Made by a program: the position numbers and the translations under genes. A DNA stretch of 62,865 nucleotides, counting the filler. It is 5 parts of 5 records of this genome, joined end to end, with 100 filler letters (N's around TTAATTAATTAA, not from the genome) between each part and the next. Parts side by side here need not be neighbours in the genome. Positions count along the whole stretch, not along the records: positions 28,801 to 37,298 come from SRR31156797_8684; positions 37,399 to 50,074 come from SRR31156797_8691; 3 more parts are not named here. One strand, given 5' to 3'. The notes beneath the pieces were generated by a model. It was not told the DNA's origin. It saw only the letters and a list, made by a program, of their open reading frames with translations, and did not search any database. This document shows positions 32,410 through 41,987 of this stretch, one piece after another. Positions within the stretch are counted from its first letter, which is position 1. Each line of letters opens with the position of its first letter.

Positions 32410-33252
32410 TTAAGGCGCAATTATTGTTTCACTTTGTTCAACGACTGAAACTTGTAAAGGAACGAAATGATGCTTTATGGTGTCTGATGAAATTTTCCAA
32501 AGTCTGTATCCGTAAGGTCTTTTATCGAAGTTATTACTGGTAGTTTCACTACTTACTAAGAGAATGTTATTATAATTGTTGATAACTACTTTATGAGTAT
32601 GACCGGATAAATAGGCAACAACTTTGTTTTGCTGAAATAACTTTAGTAACCCCTGCCTTTTGATCAGAGGAAGAGTGAAATAACCATCCTCTTCTTCGGG
32701 CGTCACAGTATATAAGGGATGATGCCCTACAACAACGACAGGATGCTTTTTAATGCTTTGATCCTTAAGTGTCTCTTTAAACCAATGATCATGTATTTCC
32801 GATTCATTTTCGACATTTACTTTCCATAATTGAGTATTGGTTACTATAAATGAATATCCCTTATGATGAAATTCATAATAATCCTTTCCGAGGGTTTTTC
32901 GGTAATAACTTAGAGTAGTGTCATTTGGAATACTTCCAATATCATGATTCCCCGGAGCATTATAACAGGGCATGTTAAAATCTTTGATGGTATTTTTAAA
33001 ATCAGAAAATGAACTATCGTTTGGTATGTGAACAAGGTCGCCGCATATGACTACAAAATCAGGATTGAGTTCATTGATTTGTGCGACGGCCTGTTGGAGA
33101 TTTTCTAGATCACTTTCATAACCTTCAGTACCAAATCCCAGCTGCGTATCGCATAACTGAACAAAAGAAAATGCTTTATGCTCTTTTTCTGTACAGGAAA
33201 TACTGATGACAAGCAATGCAATGATTAGATATTTACTGAATTTTAAGATCAT
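32410..33252 (-). CDS. Calcineurin-like metallophosphoesterase lipoprotein (CPPED1-like)
   Basis: Lipobox-like SISC; motifs DTQ, GDLV, GNHD, GHHP and SGHTH. Confidence 0.88.
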   Translation of the reverse strand: MILKFSKYLIIALLVISISCTEKEHKAFSFVQLCDTQLGFGTEGYESDLENLQQAVAQINELNPDFVVICGDLVHIPNDSSFSDFKNTIKDFNMPCYNAPGNHDIGSIPNDTTLSYYRKTLGKDYYEFHHKGYSFIVTNTQLWKVNVENESEIHDHWFKETLKDQSIKKHPVVVVGHHPLYTVTPEEEDGYFTLPLIKRQGLLKLFQQNKVVAYLSGHTHKVVINNYNNILLVSSETTSNNFDKRPYGYRLWKISSDTIKHHFVPLQVSVVEQSETIIAP

Positions 33253-33258
33253 AATGTA

Positions 33259-34206
33259 TTACAACTTAAGCTCACAAACCCAAATCATCCTGGAGAAATT
33301 TGTTTTCCCTGTTTTTCCAATACTGCATTGATCCTCGATCTTTAATCCGCATGCTGCGATCATATCCGAGACATCGCTGGCGGAGACGATGACAAGTCGC
33401 TCGGCGCTTTTTGCTGAAGACTTGATGATGTGCAATAAAATGTCATCATCTGCCCGACAAAAGAGGTTGTAGGGGAGGTCGACGATAGCGGCATCGTAGT
33501 GGAGGGTGAGGTCTTTGATATCACTGTGATAAACAATGGCCTCATATCCAAAGTGTTCCAGATTTGCCTTTGCTTGATGGTGAACCTTTTTATTGATCTC
33601 GCAGCCTTCGATGCGATATTTAGCAAAGCAGGCCTCGAGCAATACCGTACCCACACCGCAACAGGTATCGATAAGTTTTTTATTTTTATCACCTTGCGCT
33701 GCGATGTTTACCAGTGCTTTTGCGATATCCGGATGGATAGATGAGCTGTAGGTATGTGGCTTTTGCTTATGCTTGTGCCAGTCTGCATTGTTTTTTATTT
33801 CCGTTCCGAAATACCAGATACCTTGATAAAAACACAAAGCATAAATGGTATGCGGATGATAGTAGTCCGGATTACCTTCAATACAGAAAGCGATCTCGCG
33901 ACATTTATTAAGTCGTTCGGCATTTCTTGTGGGATCGCCTGCCAGGAGTAAATATTCTATTTTGAATCCATCAAGACGCAGAGCAAGTTTTTTGATCTCA
34001 TAGATGAGAGTTGAATAATCTTTGGCATTTAGTATAATATCGACACGCTGTCTTATAAAAGCCGAAGAAGAGGGCTCGATCATCTTATCACTAAAGATCA
34101 GCTTATCAACAATTTCTTCTCCAAATACATGCTTTGCCTCGAACTTACAGAGATCGATCTCGTGGTGATTGTAATTAAAGATGTAAATGTGCTCATGTAG
34201 AGACAT
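33259..34206 (-). CDS. SAM-dependent methyltransferase (TRM11/UPF0020-like)
   Basis: DTCCGVGTVLLEA and DLPY motifs. Confidence 0.85.
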   Translation of the reverse strand: MSLHEHIYIFNYNHHEIDLCKFEAKHVFGEEIVDKLIFSDKMIEPSSSAFIRQRVDIILNAKDYSTLIYEIKKLALRLDGFKIEYLLLAGDPTRNAERLNKCREIAFCIEGNPDYYHPHTIYALCFYQGIWYFGTEIKNNADWHKHKQKPHTYSSSIHPDIAKALVNIAAQGDKNKKLIDTCCGVGTVLLEACFAKYRIEGCEINKKVHHQAKANLEHFGYEAIVYHSDIKDLTLHYDAAIVDLPYNLFCRADDDILLHIIKSSAKSAERLVIVSASDVSDMIAACGLKIEDQCSIGKTGKTNFSRMIWVCELKL

Positions 34207-34293
34207 GTTTAATCCCGACTTGATGATTTAGGCAGGGGAAAGTAAGAATTGTCTGGGGGAAATCAAAGAATTTACATGAGGTCAAGGTTAAGA

Positions 34294-34421
34294 CCAATCG
34301 ATCAGCTGATCAGCCGAACAATCGAGCAAGCGATCAAGCGAACAATCGAGCAGCCGAGCAATCGACCAAGCGAGTAAGCGATCAATCGAATGGTCGAGTA
34401 ATCGAATGGTCGTATGATCGA
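34294..34421. repeat. 16 degenerate tandem 8-mers, consensus NNAATCGA
   Basis: ccaatcga tcagctga tcagccga acaatcga gcaagcga ... atgatcga, in an unbroken 8-bp register. Confidence 0.85.
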
Positions 34422-34427
34422 GTAATC

Positions 34428-34549
34428 CCCGCTACGCCAAAGCTTCGGCGGGCGGGCATAAATTGTGAAAATAAATGATGAATGCAGGGGCGGACCTATG
34501 TGTTCGCCCATAATGAAAAAGGCGACTCGAGAGTCGCCCGTACATATTC
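34428..34549. repeat. REP cluster (CCGAAGC-family copy 2 plus a GCAG/GTAC REP doublet)
   Basis: CCCGCTACGCCAAAGCTTCGGCGGGCGGG; GCAGGGGCGGACCTATGTGTTCGCCC; GGCGACTCGAGAGTCGCCCGTAC. Confidence 0.7.
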
Positions 34550-34562
34550 AAGAAATAATCTT

Positions 34563-35006
34563 TTATAAATCTTTCTTCAGATAAACCATATCAATAAGCT
34601 GTACTCCCTCTTCAAACATGGGGTGTTCATAGTTGTCTGTAAAGAAATTCTTGATGAGATGAGATCGTTCAAACCCACAGCTTTCATAGAAAGATAGTAT
34701 TCCCGGTGTGTCACCCGTACCGACCAGCATACTTCTATATTTGTTTTTGTAATGCTCTGAGATATACTTTATCAGCGCTCTTGCATATCCCTTGCCTTGA
34801 TATATTGGATACGTCGCAATGTTTTTCAATTCGCAATTATCTGTATCGATTTCCACAACAACACATACGGTCTTCAAGTCATCATCAAAAAGCGCGAACA
34901 TATCCCCTTGATCCAAATATTTATCGATCATCACCTCTGACTCATCTGCCAACAGCAGCAGATCCAGATGCAGTTTTTTGTTTTTAGTAATTAGGTCGAT
35001 TTTCAT
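34563..35006 (-). CDS. GNAT family N-acetyltransferase
   Basis: [25 protein letters not shown] and FYESCGF. Confidence 0.92.
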   Translation of the reverse strand: MKIDLITKNKKLHLDLLLLADESEVMIDKYLDQGDMFALFDDDLKTVCVVVEIDTDNCELKNIATYPIYQGKGYARALIKYISEHYKNKYRSMLVGTGDTPGILSFYESCGFERSHLIKNFFTDNYEHPMFEEGVQLIDMVYLKKDL

Positions 35007-35033
35007 GATCTGATTTGTGTTTCAAAGTGTTTT

Positions 35034-35092
35034 GGGCAGCTAGCCTGCCCTCCGAAGCTTTATGCGAAGGAGGGAGTCGCCCGTACATATTC
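35034..35092. repeat. Composite REP: a GTAC-type REP interrupted by a CCGAAGC-family element
   Basis: GAGTCGCCCGTACATATTC (35074-35092) is identical to 34531-34549 and abuts CCTGCCCTCCGAAGCTTTATGCGAAGGAGG. Confidence 0.7.
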
Positions 35093-35109
35093 GAGGAAAG
35101 TACATCCGA

Positions 35110-36195
35110 TTATTTATCAAACTCTAAGGATGCCGCCAATATTGGCAATACCTTATGCCGCATCTGATAGGTGAACAGACTGCCATGGTCGCCGGCATTC
35201 CAGATCATGTCGTGGGGGATGCGTTTTTTCGTCAGTAAATTTGAATAATAGAGCGTTCCATCAACGATCCATTTATAATGATCATTGTATCCACAGTCCA
35301 GAACCAGCAATTTTAAATTTTGTAGATTGTTGGCATACTTGTTTATCTCTTTTTCAACCCCACCAAAGCCGTTCTGCCATTTTTGAAGGATCCTTTTATC
35401 CATAATGGTGCCTTTTTTTGTAGCCTTCAGAGGATAATCAAAATAGGGTGCTTTCTTGGAGTTCGGGGCAAAGGCCATGCCGTAGGCTAGAGTAAATTCG
35501 ACGTTCCAATCCTCGATATTTTTTACATATTCCATGTAGGCCTTATGCGCGGTTTTTTTAGATAGAGGTTTAAGAGTTGCCAGCAATTCCAGAATTTCGT
35601 GCGTTGTACCACCATCTCTGAACATTTGTGAGTTCATGATGCCATTTTCATCAAATAGTCCCGGACTCATGCTATAGGCCAGACCAAACACATCCGGATG
35701 CAACATGGAAATGTTCAATACACCGTAGCCGCCCATGGACATACCTGTAAGCCCCCTTGATGCGGGATCAGGAATAGTGCGGTATTTATTGTCGACATAA
35801 TTGATCACATCTTGCGTGATAAAATCTTTCCAATTGCCTGTGATGGGAGAGTTAACATAAAAACTTCCATTGAATGTATAGGCGCCGCTAATAGCAACAA
35901 ATATAAGTTCAGGCACCTGTTCCTCCAGGATCAACCCCTCAAGTATGCCGGCTACATAGCCGGTTGGGTCGGTACCACCACCATAACCTTCCAGGAAATA
36001 TATTACAGGATAGCTTTTGTCCGAATCATCATAAGAAGGAGGAAAATAAATACCGATATCTCTGTGTGTGCTTTCCTCAAAAATACAATTTTCTAATGAA
36101 GGTGAGGGAATGTTGATCACCTGCCAGCTTCCCTGAATAGCGAATAGACTGAGACTTAAAAAACAAAGCGAAATAAAAAAGATAAATTTTTTCAT
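35110..36195 (-). CDS. Secreted alpha/beta-hydrolase (putative esterase)
   Basis: Signal peptide, YPVIYFLEG, nucleophile elbow GMSMGG and a C-terminal GDH. Confidence 0.88.
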   Translation of the reverse strand: MKKFIFFISLCFLSLSLFAIQGSWQVINIPSPSLENCIFEESTHRDIGIYFPPSYDDSDKSYPVIYFLEGYGGGTDPTGYVAGILEGLILEEQVPELIFVAISGAYTFNGSFYVNSPITGNWKDFITQDVINYVDNKYRTIPDPASRGLTGMSMGGYGVLNISMLHPDVFGLAYSMSPGLFDENGIMNSQMFRDGGTTHEILELLATLKPLSKKTAHKAYMEYVKNIEDWNVEFTLAYGMAFAPNSKKAPYFDYPLKATKKGTIMDKRILQKWQNGFGGVEKEINKYANNLQNLKLLVLDCGYNDHYKWIVDGTLYYSNLLTKKRIPHDMIWNAGDHGSLFTYQMRHKVLPILAASLEFDK

Positions 36196-36259
36196 AATGC
36201 AAACTCTTCTATTAAAATAATTTCTGTGTTAATCTGCTGAATCTGTGGATATTAAGCGA

Positions 36260-37168
36260 TCACTTATCAAGTATAAGTGACTCGATCTTTTGCGCGATCT
36301 CCACAGTGTCACAACCGGTATTTTCATTGACTAAGTACTTATTACCATTTCTGACTGATTCAACAAAGGCACACAATTCATCCATCATGGCATCAGCGAA
36401 TTCAAATTCTTGAATTTCGCTGTTCTTTGTGGAGCTGAGCTTGCGATTCATCAGATCTGCTTTATGATCAATGTTGCCATCCGTACAAAGCACTTCGCGT
36501 CGGCGTTCTTCTTCCGTTCGCGAAGCAAAAAGAATGGCTTCGGAACCATTTTTAAAATTTATAATAGCAGTAGCACGGTCGATCTTTTCGCTATGAATAA
36601 TTTCACCCTGTGCCTGTATGGATTTAATGGGGGAGGGAATAAAATGTGTGATCAAATCTATGTCATGTATCATAAGTTCCAGAATGATCGAAACATCCAA
36701 ACCCTGATCCGGAATAAAAGGCCCTTGCCTGAATGCCAAGAGTTTCGTGGGAACCGTATTTAATTTCTTTTTTAGCTCTATCAGAACCGGATTATAGCGT
36801 TCAATATGACCGATCCCGATATGTAAATTATTCTTGCCGGCAAGATCGGCAAGTTCTGTTGCCTGATCATATGTCTCTGTGAAAGATTTCTCCACAAAGA
36901 TATGTTTGCCGGCTTTCAGGGCTTTTTTTGCAATTTCAAAATGAGCTGAAATGGGCACAACGATATCAAGAATATCAACTGCACCGATCAGTTCATCCAG
37001 AGGCATGCAGGAAAATCCGTATTCCTTTTCAATCTTGTCGCAGGCGTCATTATCAATATCATTGAAACCGATAAATTCAATATCTTGCATTTGTAGCCAT
37101 TTTTGAAGATGCCTCGAACCGAATCGACCGATGCCCACGATGCCTACTTTTAATATGCGAGAATTCAT
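36260..37168 (-). CDS. Gfo/Idh/MocA family oxidoreductase
   Basis: VGIVGIGRFG, HIFVEKS, GHIERYNP and LMIHDID. The start is placed at the ATG at 37168. Confidence 0.9.
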   Translation of the reverse strand: MNSRILKVGIVGIGRFGSRHLQKWLQMQDIEFIGFNDIDNDACDKIEKEYGFSCMPLDELIGAVDILDIVVPISAHFEIAKKALKAGKHIFVEKSFTETYDQATELADLAGKNNLHIGIGHIERYNPVLIELKKKLNTVPTKLLAFRQGPFIPDQGLDVSIILELMIHDIDLITHFIPSPIKSIQAQGEIIHSEKIDRATAIINFKNGSEAILFASRTEEERRREVLCTDGNIDHKADLMNRKLSSTKNSEIQEFEFADAMMDELCAFVESVRNGNKYLVNENTGCDTVEIAQKIESLILDK

Positions 37169-37298
37169 AAGCGTTAAAATAATGAATTCAAGGCAAAAGA
37201 CAAAGGGCAAAAAAGAATAAGCACAGAGCGCTGAGAATATTTTTTTCATTTCTTGTCGTCTTTTATAAATATTCTCACATTCCCAGTGCCCAGTGCCC

Positions 37299-37398
37299 NN
37301 NNNNNNNNNNNNNNNNNNNNNNNNNNNNNNNNNNNNNNNNNNTTAATTAATTAANNNNNNNNNNNNNNNNNNNNNNNNNNNNNNNNNNNNNNNNNNNN
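37299..37398. other. Artificial contig spacer
   Basis: N44-TTAATTAATTAA-N44. Confidence 0.99.
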
Positions 37399-37908
37399 GC
37401 CGGCTGTTCAACCGGTGAAGAACCCTATACCATGGCCATCATCCTCAATGAATTTAAGGCCCTCAACCCCCGATTTAATTTCAGCATTCATGCAACCGAC
37501 CTTTCTACAAGAGCATTGGATCAGGCCCGGTTGGCAGTTTATCCGGAAAACAAAGTAGATGTAATTCCACTAAGCCTTAAAAAAAACTACCTCCTCAAGA
37601 GCAAGGATAAAGAGAAAAAAGAGGTTCGGATTGTAGCACCATTGCGCAATAGTATAACTTTCGAACGGCAAAACCTCATGCATCTCGACCATTATGATAA
37701 ATCAGGATTTGAAACAATTTTTTGCAGAAACACACTCATATATTTCGACCGGGCAACACAAATTAAAGTAGTAACAGGCCTTGTGAATAAGCTAAACCGG
37801 GGTGGTTACCTGTTTATAGGACACAGCGAATCGCTGTTAAATGAACGTTGGTTGCCCCTCGAAAGAATTGCCCCAACAATTTATCGAAAGAAATTTAACA
37901 GGATATGA
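37399..37908 (+). CDS. cheR: Chemotaxis methyltransferase CheR, 5'-truncated
   Basis: The frame from 37399 reads [13 protein letters not shown], followed by [16 protein letters not shown] and [10 protein letters not shown]. Confidence 0.95.
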   Translation, partial: AGCSTGEEPYTMAIILNEFKALNPRFNFSIHATDLSTRALDQARLAVYPENKVDVIPLSLKKNYLLKSKDKEKKEVRIVAPLRNSITFERQNLMHLDHYDKSGFETIFCRNTLIYFDRATQIKVVTGLVNKLNRGGYLFIGHSESLLNERWLPLERIAPTIYRKKFNRI

Positions 37909-39467
37909 TGAATAAGAAGCCCAAAAAGATCCTGATTGTTGACGACAATGAGCTGAACCTCAAGAAACTTTGTTCTTTGCTCGAAGACCAGGAACTTGAA
38001 CTCACCACAGTAAATGACGGACGGACTGCCCTTAAGACGGCGGTTAAAGATACGTTCGACCTGATGCTGCTCGATGTAATCATGCCGGGAATGGACGGTT
38101 TTGAAGTTTGTTCCAGGTTAAAGAAAAATACCAAAACAGCCAGGATCCCAGTGATTTTCCTTACCGGGCAAACCAGCCCCGATAGTATTAGAAAAGGTTT
38201 TGAAGCGGGTGCAGTGGATTATGTGGCAAAACCCTTTAATAAAGTAGAATTGCTTGCCCGGGTACGCAGCCACATCGAATTGAAACAATCAAGGGAAGAA
38301 GCACATGAAGCCAAACAAGCCGCCGAAGAAGCACTCAAATACAAAAGTGAATTTCTGGCCAATATGAGTCATGAGATCAGGACCCCGATCAATGGAATCA
38401 TCGGCATGTCGGAATTTCTTGACAACACCACCCTCGACAATAAACAGGCAGAATATGTGCGGATTATTCGTTCTTCAGCAAATTCATTATTAAACCTGAT
38501 CAACGACATCCTGGATTTCTCCAAGCTTGAAGCCGGGAAGATTGAACTCGAAAATCTTGATTTCGACCTTTATGAACATGTTGTAGATACCGTAAAATCA
38601 ATGGCATTTAAAGCCCGCGAAAAGGGCCTGGAACTCAGGCAGGAAATTAATGACAACGTTCCCCAGGCGATAAATGGCGACCCAACGAGGCTCAGGCAGG
38701 TTTTATTAAACCTGATTTCCAATGCCCTGAAGTTTACTACCAAAGGCGGAGTTACTGTCCGCGTATCGCTTGATGATGAATCAGAAAATGATCATACCAT
38801 AAGATTCGAGGTTATCGACACTGGCATAGGCATCTCTGACGAAGGTATGGAGCGGTTGTTCAAATCATTTTCTCAGGTTGATGCCTCTACCACCCGTAAC
38901 TATGGGGGAACCGGCCTGGGGCTTGTGATCTCGAAAAGCCTTTCGGAAATGATGGGGGGCAAAATTGCCGTAGAAAGCACTGAGGGTGAGGGATCCACAT
39001 TTTGGTTTACAGTGCGAATGGGTTCATCTGATCCAAATCGCATTGAAAATCTGAATAAAATAAATGAATCTTCTTCAAAAGTTGCTATGCCGGAATTAAA
39101 GATTCTGCTGGCTGAGGATAACCTGGTTAATCAAAAAGTTGCAAGCATCCACCTGGAAAAACTCGGACATAAAGTTGATGTTGCCTTGAATGGCCTGGCC
39201 GCATTTGAGTCGTACAAAAATGGTGATTACAACCTCATTTTCATGGACATCCAGATGCCTGAGGCCGATGGTTTTGAGTCCACAGGATTAATCCGCCGAT
39301 GGGAAGCAAAACAAAAACACAAACCGCATATCCCCATCATTGCCATGACCGCAAACGCTATGAAAGGCGATAAGGAAAAATGTATTGAAGCCGGCATGGA
39401 CGATTATATATCCAAACCATTTACTGCCAGAGCACTAAAAGAAACACTGAGTAAATATACGAGCTAA
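37905..39467 (+). CDS. Cytoplasmic hybrid kinase REC-HisKA-HATPase-REC
   Basis: [36 protein letters not shown], and LLAEDN/FMDIQMP. Confidence 0.95.
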   Translation: MMNKKPKKILIVDDNELNLKKLCSLLEDQELELTTVNDGRTALKTAVKDTFDLMLLDVIMPGMDGFEVCSRLKKNTKTARIPVIFLTGQTSPDSIRKGFEAGAVDYVAKPFNKVELLARVRSHIELKQSREEAHEAKQAAEEALKYKSEFLANMSHEIRTPINGIIGMSEFLDNTTLDNKQAEYVRIIRSSANSLLNLINDILDFSKLEAGKIELENLDFDLYEHVVDTVKSMAFKAREKGLELRQEINDNVPQAINGDPTRLRQVLLNLISNALKFTTKGGVTVRVSLDDESENDHTIRFEVIDTGIGISDEGMERLFKSFSQVDASTTRNYGGTGLGLVISKSLSEMMGGKIAVESTEGEGSTFWFTVRMGSSDPNRIENLNKINESSSKVAMPELKILLAEDNLVNQKVASIHLEKLGHKVDVALNGLAAFESYKNGDYNLIFMDIQMPEADGFESTGLIRRWEAKQKHKPHIPIIAMTANAMKGDKEKCIEAGMDDYISKPFTARALKETLSKYTS

Positions 39468-39469
39468 AT

Positions 39470-40363
39470 ATGAAATCACTTTCTGACAAAGAACTCCTGG
39501 ATGAGCTGCGCAAAAGAATAAGCGAGCGGAACCATGCAAATGAGCAACTGGAAAAAATTAACCATGAATTGCACGAAGCCAACCGCCGGTTGATGGAATC
39601 AGAGAAACTGAAATCCAACTTTTTGTCCAATGCACGAAATGAGATCATCAATCCTTTGTCTTCCATATTAAGCCTTTCACAAACCATCGCCTCCGGCGAA
39701 GGGAGCAGGGAAGAAAATAAAAAGCTTGCCAGGATCATATACCAGTCGGCCTTCGATCTCGATTTCCAAATGAAAAACATCTTTTCCTCTGCCGAAATTG
39801 AAGCCGGAGAAGCAGTTTGTGAATTTTACACCATTGATCTTGCAGGTTTGATTCAAAAAACCATATCACAATTTTCGGGTTCGGCAATAAACTATCCGAA
39901 AAACATCACTTTTAGCAATCAGTCGGCAGGATCAAATACTCCGTTTTTCAGCGATCCATCAAAAATTCAGCTTATACTGGAAAACCTGATTTTAAATGCA
40001 CTCAACTGGTCAAAAAATGAAGGCGATGTTGTGATTAGCCTGCATGTTAGCGATTCGGCAGCAGAAATTGCTGTAAGTGATCCCGGTCCGGGAATTGACA
40101 TTAATGACCAGAACGAAATATTCAACCGGTTTAAATCCCTCGATCCATCGGTTCACACACTCAACAAAGGACATGGCCTGGGACTTTCCATTGTAAAATC
40201 GTATGTAGAGATACTTGACGGCACCATTGAAGTTGAAAGCAACTCGCAAAACGGCAGTACTTTTAAAGTAACAATCGGTAATCAACCGCATCAAAAAGAA
40301 AAACACGGCGCATCTGATAATGGAAGTGACTTCATTTTTGATGACAGTGCTGAACTGTTCTGA
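39470..40363 (+). CDS. Histidine kinase-like protein with a degenerate H-box (His->Asn)
   Basis: FLSNARNEIINPL replaces the usual SHEIRTPL. The HATPase boxes NLILNA, DPGPGI and GHGLGLSI are intact. Confidence 0.85.
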   Translation: MKSLSDKELLDELRKRISERNHANEQLEKINHELHEANRRLMESEKLKSNFLSNARNEIINPLSSILSLSQTIASGEGSREENKKLARIIYQSAFDLDFQMKNIFSSAEIEAGEAVCEFYTIDLAGLIQKTISQFSGSAINYPKNITFSNQSAGSNTPFFSDPSKIQLILENLILNALNWSKNEGDVVISLHVSDSAAEIAVSDPGPGIDINDQNEIFNRFKSLDPSVHTLNKGHGLGLSIVKSYVEILDGTIEVESNSQNGSTFKVTIGNQPHQKEKHGASDNGSDFIFDDSAELF

Positions 40364-40366
40364 TCA

Positions 40367-40822
40367 ATGAACAACATCAAAACCAAATACATATATTCTT
40401 CGGGTCTGTATTTTGCAGAGAAACCAGTATTGCTCAATACTGTGCTGGGCTCGTGTGTTTCGGTATGCTTGTGGGACAAAGCGAAAAACATGGGTGGCAT
40501 GAACCACTTTATGTTACCTTTTTGGAATGGTTCAGGACTGGCCTCACCGAAATATGGAAATATAGCCATGGAACAACTTATCGATAAATTTATACACCTG
40601 CACAGTCGAAAAGAGAATATGGTTGCAAAGGTTTTTGGCGGGGCAAGGATGTTACAGGGCAAATCGGCCTATTTTGATATTGGCAGACGAAACATCGAAC
40701 TGGCTTTTCGAATGCTCGAAGAAGCCGAAATTAGGGTGGTTGCACAAAGCACGGGAGGTGAAAAAGGAAGAAAGATTTTCTTTAACACCGGTAGCGGCGA
40801 AGTGTTGCAAAAATATCTTTAA
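40367..40822 (+). CDS. cheD: Chemoreceptor glutamine deamidase CheD
   Basis: TVLGSCVSVCLWD, GGMNHFMLP, AKVFGGA and IGRRN. Confidence 0.95.
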   Translation: MNNIKTKYIYSSGLYFAEKPVLLNTVLGSCVSVCLWDKAKNMGGMNHFMLPFWNGSGLASPKYGNIAMEQLIDKFIHLHSRKENMVAKVFGGARMLQGKSAYFDIGRRNIELAFRMLEEAEIRVVAQSTGGEKGRKIFFNTGSGEVLQKYL

Positions 40823-40844
40823 CTGAATATTAAAACCAATCATA

Positions 40845-41906
40845 ATGAGTAAAATCCGTGTATTGATAGTTGATGATTCGGCGGTAGTAAGGCAATCGCT
40901 GGTAACCATACTAGAATCATCGGGAGCTGTGGAAGTAATGGCCACGGCATCTGATCCATTTATAGCTGCAAAAAAGATAAGCAAGGAAGTCCCTGATGTG
41001 ATCACCCTGGATGTGGATATGCCACGAATGGATGGGCTTACTTTCCTGAAACGAATTATGACGCAGCATCCCATTCCTGTAGTTATCATTTCAAGCCTTA
41101 CGCAGGAAGGATCTACAGAAGCTTTGCGGGCAATGGATTATGGTGCCGTAGAGATCATCCCAAAACCCAACCTGGTTACGCGCGAATTTTTTGAAGAAGC
41201 ACGAATTCAAATCATCGATGCCGTAAAGGCAGCTTCCATGTCGAAATTAACCCGCAGGAAAATTAACCCCTCCAATGTTTTGGTTCCTGAAAAACACAGT
41301 GCTGATGCAATTATCCCGGATAAGCATATTACACGAAATTTACCCAGCACCGATAAAGTGATTGCTGTTGGAGCATCAACCGGGGGCACTGAGGCCATCA
41401 AAACTTTGTTGGAAGGTTTTTCTCCGGATTCACCTGGAATCGTTATCGTTCAGCACATGCCGGAGGTATTTACCAAAGCATATGCGACCCGCCTCAATGG
41501 TATTTTGCCTCAGTATATCAAGGAAGCGGAAAACGGAGATAAACTCACCCGTGGCATGGTGCTGATCGCTCCCGGAAGCAAACATATGCTGCTTAAAAGA
41601 CGAGGATCAGAATACAGTATTGAAATTAAAGGCGGACCAATGGTAAACAGGCACAGGCCTTCAGTTGACGTACTGTTCCGGTCGGTGGCAAGGGCCGCCG
41701 GTAAAAATGCAATCGGTGTGTTACTAACCGGCATGGGCGATGATGGAGCTGCAGGTTTACTTGAAATGCGTGAAGCAGGTGCAAAGACCCTTACCCAGGA
41801 TGAAGCAACCTGTGCGGTATTTGGCATGCCCAAGGAAGCCATTAAAATTGGTGCCGCCTTAAAAGTACTGCCATTACAGCGGATTGCTGCAGAAGTACTG
41901 GCCTAA
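40845..41906 (+). CDS. cheB: Chemotaxis response regulator methylesterase CheB
   Basis: REC domain, [20 protein letters not shown] and LTGMGDDGA. Confidence 0.97.
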   Translation: MSKIRVLIVDDSAVVRQSLVTILESSGAVEVMATASDPFIAAKKISKEVPDVITLDVDMPRMDGLTFLKRIMTQHPIPVVIISSLTQEGSTEALRAMDYGAVEIIPKPNLVTREFFEEARIQIIDAVKAASMSKLTRRKINPSNVLVPEKHSADAIIPDKHITRNLPSTDKVIAVGASTGGTEAIKTLLEGFSPDSPGIVIVQHMPEVFTKAYATRLNGILPQYIKEAENGDKLTRGMVLIAPGSKHMLLKRRGSEYSIEIKGGPMVNRHRPSVDVLFRSVARAAGKNAIGVLLTGMGDDGAAGLLEMREAGAKTLTQDEATCAVFGMPKEAIKIGAALKVLPLQRIAAEVLA

Positions 41907-41987
41907 ATATATGCTTATGGTACAATAAATGCGTATGCCTTCAACTAAATTGGCATCTGTGCGTTTATTGAATGAGCATACAAAAAT

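Noticed and set aside
34294-34429. CRISPR array
   Set aside because: The period is only 8 bp, with no 23-47-bp identical repeats separated by spacers and no cas genes.
34302-34511. 69-aa ORF
   Set aside because: It is a translation of the 8-mer array and REPs.
37282-37298. CCCAGTG tandem repeat at the contig end
   Set aside because: Only about 2.5 units are visible before the break, too little to interpret. It probably caused the assembly break.
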